A DNA stretch of 49,722 nucleotides, counting the filler, from Catajapyx aquilonaris (Eukaryota): NCBI GenBank assembly GCA_000934665.2. It is 2 parts of 2 records of this genome, joined end to end, with 100 filler letters (N's around TTAATTAATTAA, not from the genome) between each part and the next. Parts side by side here need not be neighbours in the genome. Positions count along the whole stretch, not along the records: positions 29,385 to 49,722 come from JYFJ02006289.1; 1 more part is not named here. One strand, 5' to 3'. The translations under genes were made by a program, and so were the position numbers. Below the pieces are notes generated by a model. It saw only the letters and a program-made list of their open reading frames with translations, searched no databases and was not told where the DNA came from. Position 1 is the stretch's first letter; every line of letters starts with the position of its first letter. Shown here in pieces: positions 38,563 to 49,005 of this stretch.

Positions 38563-39938
38563 ATGTTCAAGGAGACCGTATTCTGCGGCCTAGATGACCT
38601 TAGCACATCCGAAGCGTGTCAGTCGTTGGATCCAGCACCGGACTGCTGCTTTCCTAATTTTCCGCACGCTTTCGTCGACATTGCTGCGATATTCTTGTTG
38701 TTTCTGGCGGTATTTGGGAGCGTAGGACATTTGCTGACTATAGTTGTCATCGTTTACGGAAGGACAAAGTGTAAAGATCCGTTGAGGCAAGTTACATGCT
38801 TCGTTATACATTGCGATTTGTTAATGTATTATATATTTTTCAGTCCGCTGCTTAGCGTCACGACGACGCTTCTGCTGAATTTGAACGTCGCAGATTTTCT
38901 CACATGCTCTACAATATTGCCGCTGAATGCCCTCACCTATTTTCATCACGGATGGCGCTTCAATCCGAACCTTTGCCATGCGTTTGCGTTTATACGATGC
39001 GTATTTTCCTACTCGTCCCGGACTAGTCTCGCCGCAATGGTTCTCTGCAGGTTAGTCGTCTTTCTGTGCCTATCAGCCGTCGACATTAATGTATCGCATT
39101 TGCAGACTGTTGGGGTTAACCTATGGGAAACTTTGTCGGATAATATTCGGCACATTCCACAGTGCGCCGGCGATATTCGGGATATGGATCATCTCGTTTG
39201 GAGCGTTCGCTGGGATTTGGATGAAGGTCTGTCGCACAATGGACCATGCAAAAACTATGCACGTTTATTTATTTATTATTTATTTAGTTTACCCCGAAGA
39301 GGTCGTCGCTACTGATTCAATATTCCGCATGTTTCATTGTAGGATGTACGGATTTTTGGGTACAGCAAGGCAGCAGGACAGTGCATGCCTCTTCCTTACG
39401 AGCGATTCGAATCTGGGATGGTCATCGGAGGAATTTACCTTCTTCCGTGGTTGGTCCTCGTATTTTCGCTAGCGGGAGTAGTCATCAAAAATCATTTCAG
39501 CAAGAAGAATTTGTTTGCCATTCCGTAAGTTACTTTTAAGTGCATAATTGCAAACGTGATTCGCCGCAATCAATTTTCAGCGGGTTGGCTTCTACGACTC
39601 GAGCGCAACTGCGATTAAGAGAGACCCGCATGACCATACTATGCGCGCTTCTCGCAGCGTCATCGACCGTAACCACAATTCCGCTAGTCATCATGTACTT
39701 TTGCTGCTGGGAACATTCCAGGCACTCGCCATATCCGTACGTTCAACTCATATCTCTCTTGCGGATATTTCTGGACTTCAATATCTACATCCTTAGGTGA
39801 GACCCTTTTTTTTTTGCGCACTTCAATGATTTTTTTAAATTCCACGATTAAATTTTCAGGATCAGTTGCTACAGAGACTCGTACATTAGGTTCTTCAGAG
39901 ACGTGAAATGTTGGTTGCGGCATCTTATTCGCAGATAA
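38563..39938 (+). CDS. Divergent rhodopsin-class GPCR, tandem copy B, 342 aa
   Basis: Exons 38563-38786, 38844-39050, 39106-39226, 39343-39524, 39581-39796, 39860-39938. The first five exon lengths (224/207/121/182/216) are identical to copy A, with the same motifs and the same GC-AG intron 1. Confidence 0.85.
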
Positions 39939-40286
39939 TTGCTAATAATGTAACGTCTCGATGTAATCATTGGTAATTGTACTGTACGATGCATGTCGTT
40001 ATACTGACTTATTGTCTGCTGGCCAGGCTGGCCGTATTACTAACAATTGTGTGCACCATGGGAGTTAAATAAATAAATAATTAATAAATAATATGTATAT
40101 GAGAAGGAATTTTATTAATAAATATTTTTGTAAGAAACTTGTGGACTTTCTTTATGAACATGTTTATGACCGAAATGGTAATCGCATAAATTGGCATGAA
40201 CAATTCCCATGTATTTTAATACACATTATTCATTACAATAATTGAAATCGTGTATTATTGTAATATACAGTACTGTGTATACAGTA

Positions 40287-40445
40287 TATCGATTTTTTGT
40301 GTGCAAAACATATCGATACGTGGTGGCTTATCGATATATATCAAAAAATATCGATATCCTCTAGCGGCATATTTGATAACTAGTTTTTCATCTGGCAACT
40401 TCACGTTCGATCAGGTTAGTGTCCACTTCGTCTGGCAACGCTGAA
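40287..40445 (+). promoter_or_regulatory. Putative TBL3 promoter with DRE cluster
   Basis: TATCGATA at 40311-40318, 40329-40336 and 40349-40356, a near-match TATCGATT at 40287-40294, and two TCTGGCAAC motifs just upstream of the ATG at 40454. Confidence 0.65.
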
Positions 40446-40453
40446 AATCCAAG

Positions 40454-40659
40454 ATGGCGGCCGAGAAGAAAAAGCGTGGTCAAAAACACAAGTTAAACTT
40501 GAAGGAAAAGTGAGTTAAATTGGATAAAATAATTGCAATTAATTGCATAAATACTCATTACCGTGTTCATTACAGGTATGAGGTCCAGACTGACTATGGC
40601 CCGTTCTACACCGGAGGAAAAATACAGGTGAAACCGCCATTGAAAATATTATTTATTAT

Positions 40660-40715
<56 letters not shown>

Positions 40716-43700
40716 GCAGTGGACTAAAGATGGAGATTATTTGCTGTGTCAGAGCGGAGATGAACTCCAGGTGGTCAGCATGGAGACTGGGCAGAAGGTG
40801 CGGGGGTTCAGGATGGACGAGGACGCGGTGGTGACCTTTGACCTGAGTCCGGACAACCAGGTGCTGGTCACCTACCACAAATCTGGGGTCTTCTATCAAC
40901 TCGCATGGAGCGGTCAGTATTATTAATTGACCTCCCTAACCATGTGCCATGTGGCTCGAAATAGGGTATTATAAATGATAATTAATAAATGAATACATAA
41001 TATATAAGTACGTGAATAAGCATACAAATACATAAAATGAGTACATAAATCAATATAAATTACTAATGAAATGTGTAAATAAATGACAGAATAATGACAT
41101 GAATGAATAAGTAAATAGGCCTACGTAAACATAAATTAATTAGGAAATAACAAAATAAGTTAATAAACAAATCAATTAGTTATTAAAGGAAGTCAACAAA
41201 TTATAAGTTAGTAAACAAAGATTAAATAGGAAATGAACAAATTAATGAGGAAATTAGTCAACAAATTAATTTTTTAAATGAACAAATTAATTTTTAAGAA
41301 TGAACAATTAATTTTAAAATAAATGAACAAATTAATAAAAAAGATGAACAAATTAATAAAAAAGACGAACAAATTAATAAAAAATATGAACAAATTAATA
41401 AGTTAAATATGATTAAATTGCACAGTACAAATGTTTCAGTATCAGGAAATGATCCAATTAAATGAAACTAAATGAACACGCGATTAAAACCGAAATGATT
41501 TCAGATTTGTCCACGACCCGTGTTTGGAAGTCGATCCACCGCGGCCCTGTGTCCCTCCTGACCTTTGACCCGACCTCCACGTTGCTGGCCAGCGGAGGCA
41601 GCGACTCCAGCATAAAAGTGTGGGACGTGGGCAAACACTACTGCACACACAACCTGAAAGGAGCCGCCGGAGTCTTCAGGTAATTCTCGCTTGGAAAATG
41701 CGGCTTGCATTGTTGGTTCTACCGGGTTAATATTTCCAGCGTGGTCCAGTTCCATCCGGACATGTCCCGGATGCGGATATACGGTGCGACGAGTGGCGAT
41801 CCCAAGATTTGCGCCTGGAACCTGAAGACTTCGAGTATGGTCGCGACGTTGAAAGGACATTTCAGTACCATCACAGCCCTTGTGTTCACCGCTGACGGGA
41901 ACAGAATGCTCAGGTTTATCTCGCTCTCAATCAAGGAGAATGAGTGTTCTATTGCGCTCATATTTATTTGGTTCTCTTTTCCAACAGCTGCGGACGAGAC
42001 CGAGTCGTAATAATGTGGGATCTACAGAGCGACACGGCTTTGAAGACCATTCTGGCGCTCGAGTGTCTTGAAGGCTTGGTCCTTTTGCCTGACGGACAAT
42101 CCTTTCCCGAACTTGGGGTCGACCCAACTGCAGGCCCGCATTACATAACGGCAGGCGAACGTGGCCAGTTGCGGACATGGAGTGTTGCATTAGGCCGTGA
42201 AACCATCCCGGTTCCACCAAGCAGCCAACCAGGATCGCAGCTAGTTCATCTGTCGTTGCATCTGTCGAAAATGGAGATCCGCACCGCAACGCATGATCAT
42301 CACATTTGCTTTCACGCACTGTCCGACTTATCGCAGCGACGTCAGATGGTCGGGAGCAACGAGGAGGTGCTGGATTTAGCATTCCTCGGCGACTCGTTGG
42401 TTGTTGCTACGAACAGTCCGGTTATCCGATTGTATGATTTGGCTACGTGGTCCTGCCTGCCGATAGCTGGACACTCGGACACTGTAATGTCCGTCGCATC
42501 GGGTCCAAAGCCGGACTTGTTCGCATCGGCATCTAAAGACAGGACTGTGCGGATATGGAAAGTTGCGGATGGAAAAGCCATTTGCGTCGCCGTCGGAAGC
42601 GGACATACCGGAGCTGTCGGTGCCATCTGCTTCGGTAACTTAACTGCAACCAGGCTGGTCACAGGCGCTGGCGATACATGCATGAAAGTGTGGGAATTGG
42701 ACAAGTCGGCTCTCCGCAGCGGCCAAGAGGCAACGTTGGCGTGCGTCCGAACCGAAGTGGCGCACGAGAAGGACATAAACTGTGTGTGCTACTCGCCAAA
42801 CGATAAGATAATCGCAACCGGATCGCAAGATAAGACTGCTAAGGTCGGCTTGTTGCTAGGCCGTTAACGAGTTGAAATTAACCTCTACTGTTTTGCAGAT
42901 ATGGGACGCAATTAGCGGCGACCTCATGGGAACAATGAGAGGTCATCGCAGAGGCGTATGGTGGACAAGGTTTTCTCCTGTGGATCAAGTGTTGGTTACG
43001 GCTTCAGGCGATGCGACCATCAAAATCTGGGCCATTATAGACCAAGTTTGCCTTAAAGTAAGTCGCTTTCGGCACATTGTCGGGACATTGGTCGGATATT
43101 GTCTGTATATTGTCGGGATATTGTTGGGACATTGTTCGGATATTGTTGGGATATTGTTGGGACATTGTCTGGATATTGTCGGGAAATTCTTTGGATATTG
43201 TCAGTATATTGTTGGGACATTGTTCGGATATTGTCTGGATATTGTTGGGACATTGTTCGGATATTGTCTGGATATTGTTGGGACATTGTTCGGATATTGT
43301 CGGGACAGTGTTCGGATATTGTCTGGATATTGTCGGCACATTGTCTGGATATTGCTGGCACATTGTCCAGATACGCTCCGGATATTGCCGGCACATTGTC
43401 CAGATATCGTCTGCACATTTTAAGTACTCACACTTTTCATTTGCAGACGCTTGAAGGCCATTCATGCTCGGTCCTACGAGTCGAGTTCATATCACGTGGA
43501 ATGCAGCTGGTTAGTTCAGCGTCCGATGGCATCGTTAAGCTCTGGAATGTGAAGGAGAACGAGTGTGTTAATACGTTCGGACAACACGACGATAAGGTTT
43601 GGGCCATTGCGGTTTCACAAGATGAGATGCGGCTGGCGACTGGCGGATCGGATTCGCATTTGGTCATTTGGAAGGATGTGACCGAATCGGAACGGATGGA

Positions 43701-44433
43701 AGAGGAGGAGAAACGAGATAAGCTGCTGCAGGAAGAGCAGACTCTCTCCAATCTGATGCATCAAGGAAAGTTCGTTAAGGCGTTAAAACATGCCATTCGG
43801 CTTGATATGCCGTTGAAGGCGTTGAACATTTTGAAGAGTAAGTACATGCGGATTAGGACTTTGCAACGTTTTCTATTATTTCGATCAACTTTCAGGACTT
43901 AAGCTGGACGGTGATGGTTTACAAGGCGCGGTGATGAGCCTGCGTGAGGACCAGCGGAAGGAGCTGCTTCGGTTTGCCTGCGAGTGGAATACGAACGGGA
44001 AGAACTGCCACGAAGCGCAGGATATCATCGGAGTGCTTCTGCGGACTGGGACGGACGACGAGTTCCTCTCGATGCCCAAATCCAGGGAGACGTTAGAGGC
44101 TCTGCTGCCGTACACGCAACGGCACATGACCCGCCTCAATTCGCTGGCTCGCAACCTTGCTTTCATCGACTACGTTGCGACTTCAATGAAAGCGACGCTC
44201 CAACCCAGGTACTGTTCGATCATACTTGTTGTTACTTGTTGTTAACGACTAAACATTTCAGAGAGGAACCGGCGCAACAGTCGAAACCACCGTATGTCAT
44301 AGACGTGGTTGGAGAAACTAAAGTTGCTGCGGAATCGACTGACAAGTCGGAGAGGGTGTTAGGACGCAAGAAAAAGCGACAGGTCCAGGAAGAAACAAGA
44401 AAGAAGAAGGCGAAAGTTATAAGTGCGGAATGA
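40454..44433 (+). CDS. TBL3: Transducin beta-like protein 3 / UTP13 (WD40 SSU processome component), 846 aa
   Basis: Exons 40454-40509, 40576-40627, 40720-40912, 41505-41679, 41740-41913, 41988-42843, 42899-43057, 43447-43837, 43896-44208, 44262-44433. Signature motifs PFYTGGKIQ, HYCTHNLKG, AHEKDINCVCYSPNDKIIATGSQDKTAK, GHRRGVW, and Utp13 C-terminal WNTNGKNCHEAQ and EALLPYTQRHMTRL. Confidence 0.96.
40651..40715. repeat. (TAT)n microsatellite in TBL3 intron 2
   Basis: Run of TAT triplets ending just before the TTGCAG acceptor at 40719. Confidence 0.95.
41230..41400. repeat. A-rich ~20-bp tandem repeat in TBL3 intron 3
   Basis: Repeated ATGAACAAATTAAT(AAAAA) units. Confidence 0.75.
43071..43410. 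repeat. 11-bp/33-bp minisatellite in TBL3 intron 7
   Basis: 11-mers GGACATTGTTC / GGATATTGTCT / GGATATTGTTG arranged as 33-bp trimers. Confidence 0.95.
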
Positions 44434-44982
44434 TTAAAATTTGAAAGTTTTATAATTATTGCTTTTTATTTGTAATGTAAATGGTTCGATGCCGTAATGT
44501 AAGAATGTGTGACCCCCCCTTTTTTTTTACATTACGGCATGAACTATCGCCTTCCGTTTTCAAGTCGACAATGAAAATTTTAATTAAAAACACTGCGCAA
44601 TCTATATGATCGTTACACTTTTGCGTTACAATCGACTGCGAATGTTGGATCGTTTCCAAGAAACTCGAGCATTTCTCATTAGCCATTGTTTTGCTTCTTC
44701 GAAAATATTCCTTGCAATTCTATTGTTTCTGGTTGCTACGACTTTTCCGAGCTGACAATAAACATTCTTCTGCTGACTGCGAAAGAACTTAGCCGCCATT
44801 GTTCCTCTCAACTACGACAGAAAAGCAAGCTATCATAACGAGGGTAAGGACTAATTAAGATTAACATGCGACTAGGTAAAGTGATAGGATATTACCCAAA
44901 TGAGTGCGATCATGCAAAGAAACAATTGTAATTACTGAACGTCGCTTTGTGTTCATTAGTTGCGACTGACAGTGGTGACAGG

Positions 44983-45939
44983 ATGAAGCCGTCGGTTGTG
45001 TCCGTGATCTTAGCCATCCTTTTGGTGAGTACGATCGCTTCAATGCGGACGTGTTCATGAACTTGTCGATTCGCAGGCGCGAGTACAGAGTCGTTGCGTG
45101 ACTCACGGAGCGTGCGATTACACCAGCGGCGCTCCATGCCAGAAGGACACATACCCAATTTTGATGGACGACCCGGAAGCGCAACAGAAATTTACATCGA
45201 TGTGTCCCGAAGCGGCCGCACATTTGGGTAAGAACATCTGTTCGAATCGCAATGTGTTAGTAACGTCCTTTTCCGAGCAGCGGCTGGCGGATGGAAAACA
45301 TGTTGTTCGGCGCAACAGATCGACCTGGCCAAGCAAGATTTTGGGCTTGAATTGGCCGAAGCAATGTTGGGTCAATGTCCGTCCTGCGTACGTAACATTA
45401 AGCAGCTAATGTGCAACATCGTGTGCTCTCCGAACCAGTCAAGCTTCATGAAAGTTGACGAAACGAAGGAATCGAACGATGCTCCCGGATCCATACAAGT
45501 ATTGAAAATGACTGTGCATGTGACGAAATCGTTCGCTGAAGATTCGTACCAGTCGTGCAAAGATATTATTTCGTCGATGACCGATACACTCGCTATGGAT
45601 TGGATGTGCGGACGGTGGGGATCAAATAATTGCACTGCGGACAGGTGAGAAAATTATTATTTCATATCGGGATCCAACATAAATCTCATTCCGATTTCAC
45701 AGATGGTTTGATTACATGGGCAACAATCCATTCTCGCCGTTTACGACCACATACAAAATATCGGACAATAAAGTCGGCAACTTTGTGCCGTTAAACTCAC
45801 GGATGATTCCATGCAACTTGCAGCCAACGGTGAGTCGAACGTACTTCTAAACAATGAGCAGTTCATGACCATCTCGTTACAGCCTGACACTGCGGCCTGC
45901 AATTGTCAAGACTGCCCAGCGTCCTGCTCCGGACATTAG
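44983..45939 (+). CDS. Secreted protein consisting only of an NPC1 N-terminal (sterol-binding) domain, 246 aa
   Basis: Exons 44983-45024, 45077-45227, 45281-45644, 45703-45829, 45883-45939 (TAG). Signal peptide MKPSVVSVILAILLARVQS, then CVTHGAC, CCSAQQI, QCPSCVRNIKQLMCNIVCSPNQSSFM, SFAEDSYQSCKD, MCGRWGSNNCTADRWFDYMG, SPF and CNCQDCPASCSGH*. AATAAA at 45994-45999. Confidence 0.9.
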
Positions 45940-46206
45940 GACTACGTGCTCAAACTTTGCACATCAACTGTAACAACGAAAGCAACGGTCAAAAATAAAT
46001 GCAACATGACTTAACGCTAATTTATCACCTACAACTTGCAGATCACATGATCATTAAGCCAGTCTTATTCGATGCGGGAAATTAATACTAGCCTACATTT
46101 GAACCAATAACTTAACATACTGAACAGGCATGTGAGCGATTAGCGCCAATGAGCAATTAAATTCGGTTTCATCGAGCGAATCGCTCACATTAGACGCAGC
46201 ATTTCA

Positions 46207-48375
46207 TCACACGTAATGAGTGCCTTCTAAGAACTCACTGACGCTGTTAACATTGCAGGACCACTCGTTCAGTAGGTCCGGGTGCGGCAAGCCACACCCG
46301 AACGATTCTCGCACGTACTCGTACGACTGGGGCGAACACATGTGCAGATTGAGCGCGAAGCACTGCAGCTCCGGACTCAAGTCCGCGTCCTGATCCCCGT
46401 TCATCAGTCGCTTGAACAGTTCGCCGGCCAGCCCGTTCAGCGCACTGCTCCTGTCCACCCGATTCAGTCGCTCCGTCTCCAGCCTCAGCATTTCCTTCAG
46501 CTGGTCCACGTTCCTCTCCTGCTCCACCGTGCGTTCCCTGCAGGCCTTCAGGAGCTGCCTGCATTCCTCAAGCTGATGATCCTTCCTCGCAAGCAGCTTC
46601 TCGTACTTCACTTTGACCTGACCTCCCTCCGACGTGTAGCAATGGTCGTGCCTCGTGCCCAAATCCGGCAGATCTTCGCTCGAAGGTCTCGCCGAGTCTG
46701 AATCGTCTGAAGCGGACTACGAAAGGAAAACACAATAATTATTCCGGCAACTTGTTTCGACACTCACGCACTTTTCATTACCATTTAATCGAAGAGCCAT
46801 CCATACATAATATAAAGCAAAGTCTTGTTTGTTTGTCCATTTCGTACCCATTTTATACCCATTTTCTGCCTATTTCGTATCCATTTTGTATCAATTTCTT
46901 ACCCATTTTGTGCCCGTTTTGTATCAATTTCTTACTCATTTTGTGCCCATTTTGTATCAATTTCTTACTCATTTTGTGCCCATTTTGTATCAATTTCCTA
47001 CTCATTTTTGTGCCTGTTTAACACCCATTTTATACCCGTTTAGCATCAGGTTTCATACCCGTTTTGTGCTCATTTAGCGTCCGTTTCGTACTCACTTTAT
47101 GCCCATTTCATACCCATTCGGAATTCATTTTGTACCAAACTTCGTAACGATTTCTTAACTCATTTTGTATCTATTTGGGTGCCTGGTTTTATACCCATTT
47201 CATACCCATTTATTGTCCATTTTGTGCCCATTTCATACCCATTTAGTATCGATTTCATTCCCAGTTCATATCCATTTCTTATCAATTTTGTGCCCATTTC
47301 ATACCCATTTCCGATCAATTTTGTGCCCATTTCATACCCATTTCTGATCAATCTTGTGCCCACTTTGTAACCATTTCTGATCAATTTCTTATCAATTTTG
47401 TGCCCATTTCATACCCATTTCCAATCAATTTCTTAACAATTTTGTGCCCATTTCATACCCATTTCCAATCAATTTCTTAACAATTTTGTGCCCATTTCAT
47501 ACCCATTTCTGATCAATCTTGTGCCCACTTTGTAACCATTTATCATCAATTTCTTATCAATTTTGTGCCCATTTCATACCCATTTCCAATCAATTTCTTA
47601 ACAATTTTGTGCCCATTTCATACCCATTTCTGATCAATCTTGTGCCCACTTTGTAACCATTTATCATCAATTTTGTGCCCACTTTGTAACCATTTATCAT
47701 CAATTTTGTGCCCACTTTGTAACCATTTATCATCAATTTTGTGCCCACTTTGTAACCATTTATCATCAATTTTGTGCCCATTTTGTAACCATTTATCATC
47801 AATTTTGTGCCCATCTTATGCCCATTTCTGTATCCTCGCAAAGAACGGGTTCCGTGCTGGTTTCAGCTAGATTTAATTCAGGTGCGCATGATGACACACA
47901 CCTGATTCTGCTCAGGGCCTGGGCCTGCGTGTCCGTTCTCCTTGGGCGCGACGCTGGCCAGTGGGACGGCGTCTTCCTTCAGCTGCCGTCGGTGCCTGTA
48001 GCCCTCGAGGAAGGAGTCGTCCCTGAAGTGGTTGGAGCACACCTGGTGGTGTACGGAGGCCTCGAAGCCATCCGCATCGTTACGCAAGGCCTGGACCCAC
48101 TTGGACAGCAAACGGGGCTTGTGCAACGGAAATCTGCAGGAAGGTCATACCCCGGTACTTCGTTAACAATGAGCATGCCGCATACTGCGACTAGATTGTA
48201 AATTGCTGGCCATTAACTGGTTTGAAATAATAATAATAATTTACATGACCGTTAACAATTTTTTTTTTTTGTTGTTGTACACAATGGAACACTCTGGAAC
48301 AAACCGATGGAACGTGATTCCTGCTCCCTTCCTGAACCGATTCTTGCATCCGAATGCTGAGCAGGACTTGGGCAT
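46207..48375 (-). CDS. THAP-domain protein derived from the N-terminal part of a P-element/THAP9-like transposase, 270 aa
   Basis: Exons 48375-48305, 48133-47902, 46716-46207. C2CH THAP domain (MPKSCSAFGC..FHRFP..KW..VCSNHF..LKEDAVP), DHCY motif, coiled coil, then SPELQCFALNLHMCSPQSYEYVRESFGCGLPHPDLLNEW typical of P-transposase HTH regions. Ends in TGA TGA before any catalytic domain. Confidence 0.9.
46836..47830. repeat. 11-bp/33-bp minisatellite in THAP gene intron 2
   Basis: 11-mers ATCAATTTTGT / GCCCATTTCAT / ACCCATTTCTG and variants, as 33- and 44-bp units over about 1 kb. Confidence 0.95.
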
Positions 48376-48399
48376 CTTGTGCTTCTGCCCCCCCAAGGG

Positions 48400-48725
48400 C
48401 GAGACCAGGGGCGGGACTGGGGGCCGAACCAGGGGCAGGAACAGGGAACAAAAAGAGGAGCCTCGCCGGTTAGGCAGCGTCAAAATTGTGTTCCTGAACA
48501 ATGCGCACAGTTGGGTGCGCGCTGTTCCTGTTCAACGCGCATGTCCGCGCACAATGACGCATGCGCAGTAGCACCCAACGCACTATTAATGAACGCATGC
48601 GCAATTGCGTCCGACGCATTATTAAGGAAAAGAAAAATGGCGGAAATTTCAAACAATGCAAGTTGACACTTTGACGCGCAATTAGGGGCGTTACATGTAC
48701 TGTACATGCGCGTGCGTCATGCAAA
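48400..48725. promoter_or_regulatory. CpG-rich putative (bidirectional) promoter with NRF1/EWG-like sites
   Basis: ACGCATGCGCA at 48557-48567 and 48593-48603, further GCGCATG / CATGCGCG half-sites, a GGGGCGGG box and a YY1-like AAAATGGCGG, all upstream of the THAP ATG. Confidence 0.5.
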
Positions 48726-48933
48726 TTGCTAGAGGAATGAGCGTGTGTGACACGGATGTCGAACTTAACACGGATTCTCGCGTGTTAATGAGCAGGAAGC
48801 GTCTCATCCGCTTCAGCTTTTCATATATGTTGTGAACCAGTAAATAAATATCACGCCAATGCAATGTATGTACTGTAATAATATTTTTTAAAAATCAAGT
48901 GTACCTACAGTAGACTCAGAAGTGTGTGTGAAA

Positions 48934-49005
48934 ATGGCCAGAATCTCGTCAATATTTGTGACTGTGATTATTATCGCTGTTTGCTTCATTAGCCTCATTA
49001 GCAGT
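48934..49005 (+). CDS. Probable first coding exon (signal peptide) of a secreted/membrane protein continuing beyond the window
   Basis: AAAATGG start context, MARISSIFVTVIIIAVCFISLISS, then a perfect GTAAGT donor (49006-49011, phase 0); upstream CTACAG acceptor at 48910. Confidence 0.6.

Noticed and set aside
40520..40834. Poly-Tyr ORF
   Set aside because: Read-through of the (TAT)n tract in TBL3 intron 2.
43004..43465. Overlapping repetitive ORFs on both strands
   Set aside because: Products of the 33-bp intronic minisatellite; TBL3 splices cleanly from 43057 to 43447.
46130..46190. Hairpin (ATGTGAGCGATT / AATCGCTCACAT) just after the THAP TGA TGA stop, considered as a SECIS element
   Set aside because: It contains ATGA, but the minus strand has no 3' GA partner and the plus strand has too little room for helix II; more likely a small inverted-repeat relic.
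46752..47870. Repetitive ORFs (e.g. INGYKVGTKLM repeats)
   Set aside because: Translation of the THAP intron 2 minisatellite; flanking exons join in frame without them.
320..48375. Functional link between the P-type MITE and the THAP/P-derived gene because they share the window
   Set aside because: They lie on opposite sides of an artificial spacer and about 45 kb apart; co-location carries no information.
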